From contig OZ025789.1 in assembly GCA_964019425.1 (NCBI GenBank), positions 248,001 through 312,000 on the forward strand: a stretch of 64,000 bases of DNA. Reading direction: 5' to 3'. This document shows, one piece after another, positions 36,801 through 48,186 of this stretch. The stretch comes from Flectonema sp. DT1601. Lineage: Eukaryota. Position numbers and translations under genes: made by a program. Within the stretch, counting starts at the first letter, position 1, and the number at the start of each line of letters is the position of its first letter. The notes below the pieces were generated by a model. The model saw nothing but the letters and a program-made list of their open reading frames with translations. It did no database searches and was not told the origin of the DNA.

Positions 36801-39800
36801 TCCACTTCCCTCCACGGATCTGGACCCGGAGGGCTCAGAGTTGCGGGGGAATGTGGCATCTTAACCAAAGTCCTGAACAGTAAATATCAAACAGTAGATA
36901 TCAAATGAAACTGTTGGGGGAAATAAATAATTTTTAAAAGAATATAATGAACGACTACTGAAGACCTAACAAGATCGTACTTTTTGTTCCACTCATCGGT
37001 GCTACAGTCTTATCCCATTTTGACATCACGTGCAACACTTCCATTGTTGTGATTGAGTTCTTTCATATTCCGTCACCTAACTCAAAAGATAACATTGGTG
37101 TGAGTGTCAGAGCATTCCTTTCTTCATCAACATCCCATCTCCAGAATACCAAAACAGATCCAACCTTCGCTATTCACATCCATTGTTGTGATGTATAGTT
37201 GATACCAGTGGGGGGTATCGTTTTTTTTTTTATTATTCCGCTCATCACAAAGAGGGGAGGCGACAGGAGGAGGAGGAGGGGGGAGAACATTGATAAAAAA
37301 AAACCCATACCTGCTCATCAATCGACCCAAAGAAGTTACTATCAGGAAGTATAGTCAGAGAGTACGGGTTGGCGAACAATGAAAGTTTCTTTCGGAGGAG
37401 AGACGTACCCGGTGATCCAAATGCTATTGATTTAATATTTAATAAAGATCCGACTATGTTAGCAATGCCTCCGTTGGTTCCATGACCCGTTAATATAATT
37501 CTACTGTTGGGGAACCGTGTTTGAACAGTATTGATATACTTGATGATTGGAGAGAAGTAGTGATTCGATCCTTTGTTGTCCAACGCTTCCTTCAATGATG
37601 ATAACCCTGATATCCAATCTCTTTTCTGATCATCTGAAAACAGTTTTATAAAAGGAAACAAAGACGATAAAACGCTAAACAAGATACTGTCACCCCAAAT
37701 GTCTATGTCCCTCATTAAATGTTTCCCAACAAGGTTTGATCGAATAGTAATCACATGAACATCTGCTCGGTGAACGTGAACCCAATTTATGAGACCTCCT
37801 TCAGCTTGAGGATTGTTCTTCTCACCAAGTTCTTCATTAAAGAAGAAGAATAAATTCGTAGTTGATGGCAGCAGTATAATCTGAGCATTGAAAATACTAT
37901 CTCTCACTTCAGCATCCCATTTTCCAATCGAAGAAATATAACCGACATACGAAAGGTATGCCATGTCTGTAATAGTGAATCCGTTTCCTGCCTTGTCAGT
38001 AAAATCACCAAACTGCGCAGAACAAGCTGGATAATTATAAGTCTTTCGCGGTACAGTTCCCAAGTCCAGGATCGGAATTGCTTTTGGTTGCTTGTAGTAC
38101 GATGCTGAAGCCAGCACTATTCCAGCTGAGACGATGCAAACTAAAAGAAACCAAAACAACACTCTTACCGACAGCTGTTGTTGAATCTTCCTCCTTGGAT
38201 TGTTGTATCGATCTCCATAGACCTCTCCTCCATAGTACTCTGGTGTGAGTAACCAATGTCTGTTTCTCTTTTGAAGTAATTTAGATCTTGGCGATGGTGT
38301 CATAGGTGATGACGGTTCACCTGAACCATCTTGATTCCATCTAAGAAGAGCACTTAATATTTTAGATGCTGGAACCCAACTTGGTTGAGTATGAGAAGTT
38401 CTTCCTGTTTTAGTAGCAACTTTTCTAATGGCTGATTGAACTTTACTCATTGGAACCTTACCCTCATCTCTAGGGTTTGAATGCTCGAGGAGTTGAGTAC
38501 ATTTTTCAGTAACAGCTGAACTGAATACTAAAGGATCAACGTTGATCATTGGCTTTGCACGATGAGCAGCCAATAATCCTTGACTAAATATAATTAAAAT
38601 AGCGAATATTATGAGAGTCGATGTCGAGATTTTCGCCGTCGCTACGATTCCAAATATTTCAAAACCGACGACGAGTGTCAACACCAACAGAGCTACCCTA
38701 GTAGCTAAATGATCATCTCTGAGGATTTCTCTAATTACCAGAAGTAATAAAAAGGACACCAGCACTGTGACAATCCATTTCAGTGGAAATTCCACTTCAG
38801 ACGTACTAGTTAACCAATATAACATCATTATCGCTGCGTATGTCACTAAAAAAACAGCTAAATTACTCATAACCGTCTCCGCATCCAACGCAAGCTCTGC
38901 CATTAATAATTGATTCGAAGTAATCTTTTTCGGAGGTGTTCCATTTCTTTGAGATTCCGAATTATTTTTTCTATGTCGATAGAATTCACCGTATTTCGTC
39001 GCAAGTCCCAACGCCCAAGTGAAAATCATGATGAAGACATGAGTGCATAATCCAACTAAGGCACACCATTCACAGAAATATCCAGATATGGATATAATGC
39101 CTTGACCTTCAACAATTAGTTTTACCAAGGCGTAAATAAGAGGGACGGGTACCGTAAGAACAAACAGTGATATGAATATAAAAGACTTCGGGAACATCGA
39201 ATTTACAGGAAGACCCCAAACGGTTGCTCTATAAACAGGTGGAAGGACATGAAGGAGGTGTGAAGGCACAGGGTTGACAGCATCAACGTGTTCTAGATTG
39301 TTCCATAATGTCTCATCTCCGTGGAGCATTGCTCTGTTTTTGAAGTGACCGTCTCTTGGGTCGTATCGTTTTTGCTTTTCCGGATTTTTTAACCATTTTT
39401 CAGACCAATTGTCGTCTCCATACCAAATCATGTCATCAACGTAAACCCATTGATAGACTGTCTTTGCTACTGTTGTTAAAGCCGGTCCGATAAAAAAGAA
39501 TTGCGCAACCAGAATGCAAAAATACCCAACGGCATGCCAGTAGTCTGACACAACAGGAACGAATATCCTCCATGAAACCATTCCCATAAAGTGAATGAAA
39601 TAAAGATATAATTGAACTGCTCCAGCAACAAGCCAAATTGTTAGATAAAATCTAAATCCTGGTGATAGAGAAGCGAGCTCAAAACCTTTAAAACAGTTTC
39701 TAGAATACAGATTATATAGTCTTCCAATACGAGCATTTTTTCGAAGCCAATCTTCTCGAGTCGTGTGAAGCAACGCGACTGACGACGCCGCAACAGACGG

Positions 39801-40550
39801 AATCGGAACAACGATGTCATCCCCATTCTGATGAATGTGTTCTTCATCAATGTGAATACCTTTTTCATCGTGAGTTGAAGTCGAGTTCGCTGCGAACACT
39901 GTTGATTCAGCACCTGCCATACCAGTTCCAGTTCGACTGCTAATCATATTTAGTAAGGGAGCGAGTTCAATCTCTCTTCGTGGATACTTTGTTCTAATCC
40001 TTTCTAAAAGGAAAGCATACAAATCGTTCCATTTCTCGTGATGAAAAAACCTAGTTGCTAAGACTTTTGCGATGTCTTTTGTAGTTGATTCGTCCTCACT
40101 GAATAACTCTCCGAGTGATAACTTTCTTAAAAACATGTGAATCCTTCGATAATCATCACTTCTTGATGCGTGTTCTTGAGCATTACTGCTGTACATATCA
40201 AGTAGTTGTTGAACTTTGTGAGGAGGAGGTGGGAATTCCATAGCTTCTTGCATCGAACGAACAACTGCCTCGCCGTTTAAAGGATTTTCGTTACACCAGA
40301 TCGCAGCAACGTCAGTTTCAACCAATAGGTGTGGACCATATTCTTCCAGTAACTCTCTCACTCCTTGATATCCTTCCAAAAGCATTTTCTCTTCATAAAA
40401 TAAGAGAAGGATGCCTTCAGCGTCGAGGAACTTTTCCATATTACCTCCAGCAATTATTTCATTTTCGACATGAGCTTCGAATCTATCTCGTGAAAGAGCG
40501 AATTTGGAACCCGCCAATTCGTTGTATTCATCCCAGTATCCATCATCCAT
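33854..40550 (-). CDS. Multi-TM protein with C-terminal class-3 lipase-like domain and Thr-rich tail; exons 40550-37311, 34247-34153, 34082-33854
   Basis: Many TM helices; IILTGHGTNGG and AFGSPG motifs; phase-0 splice gives SIDEQ|DGSVQHIDCADEATCHNM..ACG, completing the lipase-like fold; last exon has TSTLPT repeats. Confidence 0.75.
34640..36859 (-). CDS. Long coiled-coil protein with EF-hand-like C-terminus, nested in the lipase-like gene intron
   Basis: ~739 aa intronless ORF with heptad-rich middle; C-terminal IQQAFSAF..GSMDKDHFR..LDFESF. Confidence 0.85.
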   Translation of the reverse strand: MPHSPATLSPPGPDPWREVEVLRKKVKFLQHIGTIFRQKIGTLFKEAAANGDVQMQQLDRTYRRLVAELPNSDTGPLVSPTRLVGDVAPDTAEGQYWHGKFMSATRKMKSMLEGSNSCENQLADDIRLLQEKLTQSEMHNRFLEEQLHATKNIQQTMSMGYPTTPMGLSRGAGGLSPPIPLTAPTPPPPMIPSVFPSAKETLHPQLLDPQECDTATTLVIRSMQQDNMQLSHQLNEALERVHTVDTLQQEVSTLQKQNSLLRNRLMKMKESQKQSKIESSTTAVEMQTNIHTLLGSLNDANAEIASKEAQMCEIATSKGSLLQDMQLLQAATNHYKERIAELERENLARLKTEQLKQQETNQESKVLYEQVSEKNQTVTDMSDQLGNLNNQVEKQYKTLKENTYHIELLNIEKMTLQEKVHHMDLLMSERKHFGNILGEVQSRLGGAVDDLKIMSTTREVADRVKELNNKVGGLEILESQLRQKDDLLAMKDDEVLKLQNSIKSLEQNVDSISSVFLKLPKSLEEMEQIIIERDTFKEAMVPEAAAEAHEDIAIKLIELESKRKSNPTPEQALADGGVAGLAAAAMQVLSNHECDSDDELLEVHQSSSKERSASTLGRMYESIYGNIQRVSLPPPPAYSFEQDSPPPGESQVGHFIQNQSPHEIIAPPVHQLEGNQYRPSVQDIQQAFSAFEHQGSMDKDHFRTCVLVLGLNVSKPAEEFLSFQQELDFESFKAAVDLC

Positions 40551-40911
40551 ATTTTTTTTTTTTTTCAAAAAAAAAAAAAAAAAAGGTCCCTATTATTGAA
40601 GTAGGATATTAACTTTGTTTGTGTCACGAAAAGCTAAATAACAAAATTAAAAAAGAAACTCAAGTAATAAATCAATACCACTGTTGAGGGGGAGAAGAAC
40701 CTTAAATCACTAAAAACTAACAATAAACACAACTATTTTTCATTTTCAATTTTTTTTTTTTGTTTTTTGGTACAAGACAATACAGCCATAGCAAGTGTGA
40801 GAACAAATTGTTTGGAAAGAGAAAGGAGGGGAAAAGAAGGAGAGGGGGAAAAAATTAAATTGAAAACGACAGCGTTCAAAATTATTTTTTTAAATAACAA
40901 AACATAACTTC

Positions 40912-42804
40912 TTACGACCATCGAGTTCGTTGAATTGAAGAAGGAGACGCAGACTGCTGTCGATAAGTTCTCTGAGGTGAGGGATGTGGTTGTTGGTATT
41001 GAGCAGCAGGTTGTTGTCTATATTGCACAGGTTGGTTTTGTTGGTACTGAACAGGCTGTTGTTGGTATTGAAGAGGCTGCTGTTGGTATTGAACATGCTG
41101 CTGTTGATACTGAGGACTACTGTATTGCGGCGCAGATACCTCCTCCGATTGATGTCTCGGTCTCAGTGGACTGGTATGCGCGACAGTCTGCGATCGTGGG
41201 TTCCATACTCCTGCTGTTCCCTTTAATGTTGGTGTCGCTGAACACGCAAACCCTAAGTCCTGAACTGTACCTGTCGTGTTCATTTCACTTAGTAAAGCCT
41301 CATCTCTTAGAGTTCTCAGGCGAAGCATTTTAACAAATGCCTCGTTCACATCGTCTTCGGTGACATCAGCGTGGAGTGGGATGCTGAGCATTTGCTGAGC
41401 TAAGTTGTTAATCTTCCGATCTTTAGGATTATGAGGTGACTGTTGGTTTGGATAATTCTGTTCTATGAAAGTTTGTTGCTTTCTCTCTCTGTCGAGACTG
41501 ATGGATTTGAGATATGAAATTTCTGTGTCAGTTCGAGACGCTGCCTCCGTCAGTCTGTTTAGACGAGTTTGAACATCGAGTCCACCAACAGCACGCAGAT
41601 AAGAAGTACCTGAGGGTATATCTCTGTGAGGTGACTTGTCTTCCTGGTAGCTATAACCTTGTGGTTGGTACTGTTGGCGTTGTTGTTGTTGCTGCTGTTG
41701 CTGCTGCTGTTGTTGTTGCTGCTGCACAACAGCAGATCTCGGGCTTGCTTTCGAGCTTTTATTTCTATTAGAATTCCCTGTGTTACTAAATAGTGACCCA
41801 ACAGCCTCATTAGTTAACTCTCCAAGGCGGTCTTGTAGTTGGTGGAGTTCCTCTGCTTTAGCTCGCAGAGTCATTCGTTCTCTCATGAACTCCCTGGCGT
41901 GAGCTTCCTTTTCAGCTTCTCGTTCGTCTCTCATTCGATCGATCTCATCAAGAAGTGACGCCCAACCAACACCTGACTTCAATGGAGGTAGAGACTTTGC
42001 TTTCGCTGCTACCGCTGCTGTTGCTGCTGCAGAGCTTCTGCGAGGGATTGGATCTTCTTTTGATACCAACGGTGGTTTTGATACCTCAACTTCAACAGAA
42101 GTATGACTGAAGTTATTAACTGAAGGTTGTGACATGTCTCTGGGGATTTCAGGAGACTTCACTGGCTCAACAATAGGTTTTACACTCACAGGCGCTGGTG
42201 TAGGAGGTGCCACTTGTACTTTCACTGGTGGTGCTACTTCTACAGCCTTAACTGGTGCAGGGGGTGGAGGCTCTACTTTTGGAACAACAACAGGAGGGGG
42301 GGGAGCAACCGCAACAGGAGGTGAGGTATCCTGAACTGGTTTAGGTTCCTCTGGTTTGGTACTACTTTTCTCCTCAACAGGCTGTGGAGGAGCAGGAGGA
42401 GGAGTTGGTGTTGGAGTTGGGGCTGGAGGTGGAGCTTTTTTTGCAGGCGCTTTTGGAGGTACCTTCGGAGCCTCTGAAGACTTTTTCGCTGCCGGTTTCT
42501 TGACAGCTCCACCAGGAGTGTTCGGAGGTGCCCCTTTCTTCTTCACATAAACATAAAACCCGTTCTTAACGCCATAGAATTCAAGTGTCTTAGTCCTCTC
42601 AAGCTTTACTCCCAGTTCCAGTACTGTTGGATCTTTCTCTTTGGCAGCGGCTTTCTGGTCGACGACTGTCCAGACGTCGAAAGTTTTCATTTTTAGTTTG
42701 TCTTTAACTTTTGCAGAGACATCAGCATACTTACCATTACCTATCACTGACCCAGCTTGTTTGTCTGCGAATGTTGTGGTATCAGAGAGGAACTTTATTA
42801 GCAT
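40912..42804 (-). CDS. Protein with N-terminal ubiquitin-like domain, Pro-rich linker, coiled coil and Gln-rich repeats
   Basis: Long ORF; KTLEFYGVKNGFYVYV Ubl-like end; start inferred at MLIKF after an A tract. Confidence 0.8.
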   Translation of the reverse strand: MLIKFLSDTTTFADKQAGSVIGNGKYADVSAKVKDKLKMKTFDVWTVVDQKAAAKEKDPTVLELGVKLERTKTLEFYGVKNGFYVYVKKKGAPPNTPGGAVKKPAAKKSSEAPKVPPKAPAKKAPPPAPTPTPTPPPAPPQPVEEKSSTKPEEPKPVQDTSPPVAVAPPPPVVVPKVEPPPPAPVKAVEVAPPVKVQVAPPTPAPVSVKPIVEPVKSPEIPRDMSQPSVNNFSHTSVEVEVSKPPLVSKEDPIPRRSSAAATAAVAAKAKSLPPLKSGVGWASLLDEIDRMRDEREAEKEAHAREFMRERMTLRAKAEELHQLQDRLGELTNEAVGSLFSNTGNSNRNKSSKASPRSAVVQQQQQQQQQQQQQQQRQQYQPQGYSYQEDKSPHRDIPSGTSYLRAVGGLDVQTRLNRLTEAASRTDTEISYLKSISLDRERKQQTFIEQNYPNQQSPHNPKDRKINNLAQQMLSIPLHADVTEDDVNEAFVKMLRLRTLRDEALLSEMNTTGTVQDLGFACSATPTLKGTAGVWNPRSQTVAHTSPLRPRHQSEEVSAPQYSSPQYQQQHVQYQQQPLQYQQQPVQYQQNQPVQYRQQPAAQYQQPHPSPQRTYRQQSASPSSIQRTRWS

Positions 42805-43043
42805 TTTTGGTTTTTTTTTTTTTTTTGTGAAAACACTATTGTAGAAGAATGATCGATACAAAAACAACACATCGGATGGCTTCAGTTGCATACAGATTGA
42901 ACCCTTGTTTTGAAATATAATATTGGTAGCTCCATACCACCACCTAGTAGTCGTTAATAATCCAACAAAAAAAACAAATCATAACTTTTAAACTGAACAA
43001 ATATAAAGAATGAAGGTTGATTTTTTTCTTCACACCTCTTCTT

Positions 43044-46000
43044 TCATTGTGATTGACTTTTATTAGCCTCTTCTCTTATGAGAATGTCAGATATTTTATT
43101 CATTAATTCAGAGCATTGAGCAGCAGCGTCATTCGCTGCATCGATCGATCTTTCTATTTTAGTTACCTCTTGAAGCTCTGATTGCAATCTGTTCAAGTTC
43201 AAATTGCTCTGGGTTAATCTTTTCTCAATAGTTTCAAAATTCACTTTTATGTCCCTCATCGTCTGTATTGTTGTGTACGTACCAGTTAGAAGTTGGCTAT
43301 TACTTTGCTTTGTAACAGTTTGAAATCCCGCAAGCAAATCAATCAGCTCTGAATGATCAATTTGTAATTCAGGAGGAACAGCAACCTTCTTATGTTCACC
43401 AGCTAATTTTCCTTGTATAATGGGATCAAGTTTTTCTATTGAATTTAACTTACTCATGATATTACCATCAGCAGAGTCTTCTGTGGGGTTAGGGGCGCTG
43501 TTTACCGTCATCATACGTTCCTGTGTGGTGATTATTTACAAGTTTCATTTTCCAATAATTGTATAACAGTGTACACATAGTAAGAGTGCAGCTACGTGAA
43601 GTCAGTACAGATCTTGGTTTGCGAATTGATAAATTAATCATTGTGATCATACGCCAGGTAAATATGATGTCATCATACAAAAACAGAATGGCGGGCACTG
43701 TTCATGTCTACACTTCGAGAAGCAGCAAACGTCACACGCTAATGAAGTTGAGGACTTCGAGGAGGACAAGAGAGGAGTCAGTACAGATCTTGGTTTGCGA
43801 ATTGATAAGTTAATCATTATGATCATACGCCAGGTAAATATGATGTCATCATACGAAAACAGAATGGTGGGCACTGTTCATGTCTACACTTCGAGAAGCA
43901 GCAAACGTCACACGCTAATGAAGTTGAGGACTTCGAGGAGGACAAGAGAGGAGTCAGTACAGATCTTGGTTTGCGAATTGATAAATTAATCATTGTGATC
44001 ATACGCCAGGTAAATATGATGTCATCATACAAAAACAGAATGGCGGGCACTGTTCATGTCTACACTTCGAGAAGCAGCAAACGTCACACGCTAATGAAGT
44101 TGAGGACTTCGAGGAGGACAAGAGAGGAGTCAGTACAGATCTTGGTTTGCGAATTGATAAGTTAATCATTGTGATCATACGCCAGGTAAATATGATGTCA
44201 TCATACGAAAACAGAATGGTGGGCACTGTTCATGTCTACACTTCGAGAAGCAGTAAACGTCACACGCTAATGAAGTTGAGGACTTCGAGGAGGACAAGAG
44301 AGGAGTCAGTACAGATCTTGGTTTGCGAATTGATAAGTTAATCATTATGATCATACGCCAGGTAAATATGATGTCATCATACGAAAACAGAATGGCGGGC
44401 ACTGTTCATGTCTACACTTCGAGAAGCAGCAAACGTCACACGCTAGTGAAGTTGAGGACTTCGAGGAGGGCAAGAGAGGAGTCAGTACAGATCTTGGTTT
44501 GCGAATTGATAAATTAATCATTGTGATCATACGCCAGGTAAATATGATGTCATCATACGAAAACAGAATGGCAGGCACTGTTCATGTCTACACTTCGAGA
44601 AGCAGCAAACGCCACACGCTAGTGAAGTTGAGGACTTCGAGGAGGGCAAGAGAGGAGTCAGTACAGATCTTGGTTTGCGAATTGATAAATTAATCATTGT
44701 GATCATACGCCAGGTAAATATGATGTCATCATACAAAAACAGAATGGCGGGCACTGTTCATGTCTACACTTCGAGAAGCAGCAAACGTCACACGCTAATG
44801 AAGTTGAGGACTTCGAGGAGGACAAGAGAGGAGTCAGTACAGATCTTGGTTTGCGAATTGATAAATTAATCATTGTGATCATACGCCAGGTAAATATGAT
44901 GTCATTATACGAAAACAGAATGGTGGGCACTGTTCATGTCTACACTTCGAGAAGCAGCAAACGTCACACGCTAATGAAGTTGAGGACTTCGAGGAGGACA
45001 AGAGAGGAGTCAGTACAGATCTTGGTTTGCGAATTGATAAATTAATCATTGTGATCATACGCCAGGTAAATATGATGTCATCATACGAAAACAGAATGGC
45101 GGGCACTGTTCATGTCTACACTTCGAGAAGCAGCAAACGTCACACGCTAATGAAGTTGAGGACTTCGAGGAGGACAAGAGAGGAGTCAGTACAGATCTTG
45201 GTTTGCGAATTGATAAATTAATCATTGTGATCATACGCCAGGTAAATATGATGTCATCATACGAAAACAGAATGGTGGGCACTGTTCATGTCTACACTTC
45301 GAGAAGCAGTAAACGTCACACGCTAATGAAGTTGAGGACTTCGAGGAGGGCAAGAGAGGAGTCAGTACAGATCTTGGTTTGCGAATTGATAAGTTAATCA
45401 TTGTGATCATACGCCAGGTAAATATGATGTCATCATACGAAAACAGAATGGTGGGCACTGTTCATGTCTACACTTCGAGAAGCAGCAAACGTCACACGCT
45501 AATGAAGTTGAGGACTTCGAGGAGGACAAGAGAGGAGTCAGTACAGATCTTGGTTTGCGAATTGATAAATTAATCATTGTGATCATACGCCAGGTAAATA
45601 TGATGTCATCATACGAAAACAGAATGGTGGGCACTGTTCATGTCTACACTTCGAGAAGCAGTAAACGTCACACGCTAATGAAGTTGAGGACTTCGAGGAG
45701 GACAAGAGAGGAGTCAGTACAGATCTTGGTTTGCGAATTGATAAATTAATCATTGTGATCATACGCCAGGTAAATATGATGTCATCATACGAAAACAGAA
45801 TGGCGGGCACTGTTCATGTCTACACTTCGAGAAGCAGCAAACGTCACACGCTAATGAAGTTGAGGACTTCGAGGAGGACAAGAGAGGAGTCAGTACAGAT
45901 CTTGGTTTGCGAATTGATAAGTTAATCATTATGATCATACGCCAGGTAAATATGATGTCATCATACGAAAACAGAATGGTGGGCACTGTTCATGTCTACA

Positions 46001-48186
46001 CTTCGAGAAGCAGCAAACGTCACACGCTAATGAAGTTGAGGACTTCGAGGAGGACAAGAGAGGAGTCAGTACAGATCTTGGTTTGCGAATTGATAAGTTA
46101 ATCATTATGATCATACGCCAGGTAAATATGATGTCATCATACGAAAACAGAATGGTGGGCACTGTTCATGTCTACACTTCGAGAAGCAGTAAACGTCACA
46201 CGCTAATGAAGTTGAGGACTTCGAGGAGGGCAAGAGAGGAGTCAGTACAGATCTTGGTTTGCGAATTGATAAGTTAATCATTGTGATCATACGCCAGGTA
46301 AATATGATGTCATCATACGAAAACAGAATGGTGGGCACTGTTCATGTCTACACTTCGAGAAGCAGCAAACGTCACACGCTAATGAAGTTGAGGACTTCGA
46401 GGAGGACAAGAGAGGAGTCAGTACAGATCTTGGTTTGCGAATTGATAAATTAATCATTGTGATCATACGCCAGGTAAATATGATGTCATCATACGAAAAC
46501 AGAATGGCGGGCACTGTTCATGTCTACACTTCGAGAAGCAGCAAACGTCACACGCTAATGAAGTTGAGGACTTCGAGGAGGACAAGAGAGGAGTCAGTAC
46601 AGATCTTGGTTTGCGAATTGATAAATTAATCATTGTGATCATACGCCAGGTAAATATGATGTCATTATACGAAAACAGAATGGTGGGCACTGTTCATGTC
46701 TACACTTCGAGAAGCAGTAAACGTCACACGCTAATGAAGTTGAGGACTTCGAGGAGGGCAAGAGAGGAGTCAGTACAGATCTTGGTTTGCGAATTGATAA
46801 GTTAATCATTGTGATCATACGCCAGGTAAATATGATGTCATCATACGAAAACAGAATGGTGGGCACTGTTCATGTCTACACTTCGAGAAGCAGTAAACGT
46901 CACACGCTAATGAAGTTGAGGACTTCGAGGAGGACAAGAGAGGAGTCAGTACAGATCTTGGTTTGCGAATTGATAAATTAATCATTGTGATCATACGCCA
47001 GGTAAATATGATGTCATCATACAAAAACAGAATGGCGGGCACTGTTCATGTCTACACTTCGAGAAGCAGCAAACGTCACACGCTAATGAAGTTGAGGACT
47101 TCGAGGAGGACAAGAGAGGAGTCAGTACAGATCTTGGTTTGCGAATTGATAAATTAATCATTGTGATCATACGCCAGGTAAATATGATGTCATCATACGA
47201 AAACAGAATGGTGGGCACTGTTCATGTCTACACTTCGAGAAGCAGTAAACGTCACACGCTAATGAAGTTGAGGACTTCGAGGAGGACAAGAGAGGAGTCA
47301 GTACAGATCTTGGTTTGCGAATTGATAAGTTAATCATTGTGATCATACGCCAGGTAAATATGATGTCATCATACGAAAACAGAATGGCGGGCACTGTTCA
47401 TGTCTACACTTCGAGAAGCAGTAAACGTCACACGCTAATGAAGTTGAGGACTTCGAGGAGGGCAAGAGAGGAGTCAGTACAGATCTTGGTTTGCGAATTG
47501 ATAAGTTAATCATTGTGATCATACGCCAGGTAAATATGATGTCATCATACGAAAACAGAATGGTGGGCACTGTTCATGTCTACACTTCGAGAAGCAGCAA
47601 ACGTCACACGCTAATGAAGTTGAGGACTTCGAGGAGGACAAGAGAGGAGTCAGTACAGATCTTGGTTTGCGAATTGATAAATTAATCATTGTGATCATAC
47701 GCCAGGTAAATATGATGTCATTATACGAAAACAGAATGGTGGGCACTGTTCATGTCTACACTTCGAGAAGCAGTAAACGTCACACGCTAATGAAGTTGAG
47801 GACTTCGAGGAGGGCAAGAGAGGAGTCAGTACAGATCTTGGTTTGCGAATTGATAAGTTAATCATTGTGATCATACGCCAGGTAAATATGATGTCATCAT
47901 ACGAAAACAGAATGGTGGGCACTGTTCATGTCTACACTTCGAGAAGCAGCAAACGTCACACGCTAATGAAGTTGAGGACTTCGAGGAGGACAAGAGAGGA
48001 GTCAGTACAGATCTTGGTTTGCGAATTGATAAATTAATCATTGTGATCATACGCCAGGTAAATATGATGTCATCATACACAAAAACGCTCAAAGAAGAAT
48101 AAAAACGATACCTGTTCCTCTCTTAGCAACGCTTGGTAGTCGGCTGTAGACTCCGCATTGGACTGTTTACTCTGCTTGTCTCCCAT
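43044..48186 (-). CDS. BORCS5: BORC subunit 5 (myrlysin)-like; exons 48186-48112 and 43520-43044, with a 4591-nt intron holding the C/D array
   Basis: MGDKQS myristoylation motif; CAG|GTATCG..CACAG|GAA phase-0 join; KLNSIEKLDPIIQGKL resembles BORCS5 KLQEIPTFQPLLKGLL (recalled), followed by coiled coil. Confidence 0.72.
43601..48078. repeat. Tandem array, 176-bp period: 26 snoRNA segments and 25 spacers
   Basis: GTCAGTACAG recurs from 43601 to 48001 every 176 bp; substitutions only. Confidence 0.98.
48002..48076 (-). ncRNA. Box C/D snoRNA (representative copy of 26)
   Basis: ATGATGA (C), ATGA (D'), ATGATTA (C'), CTGA (D), 75 nt; D guide ACCAAGATCTGT complementary to LSU GCAGAUCUUGGU. Confidence 0.88.

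Noticed and set aside
43507..43517. Exon 2 start shares CGTATGATGAC with the C-box context
   Set aside because: 11-nt match encoding R-M-M-T with no guide similarity following; probably chance
47930..47976. Hairpin plus AGA in the C/D spacer as a second H/ACA RNA
   Set aside because: Only ~45 nt, weak upper stem, carries variable positions
15382..48078. CRISPR interpretation of either array
   Set aside because: No unique spacers, no cas genes, eukaryotic context
43601..48078. Unit as a bona fide U1 snRNA, 5S rRNA or spliced-leader RNA gene
   Set aside because: U1 stems reduced to 2-3 bp with no clear Sm site; no 5S or spliced-leader motifs recognised; C/D model explains the boundaries
43559..48092. 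Repeated 64/75-aa ORFs in the 176-bp array
   Set aside because: Period is not a multiple of 3, array ends match C/D boxes rather than ORF ends, and no protein features
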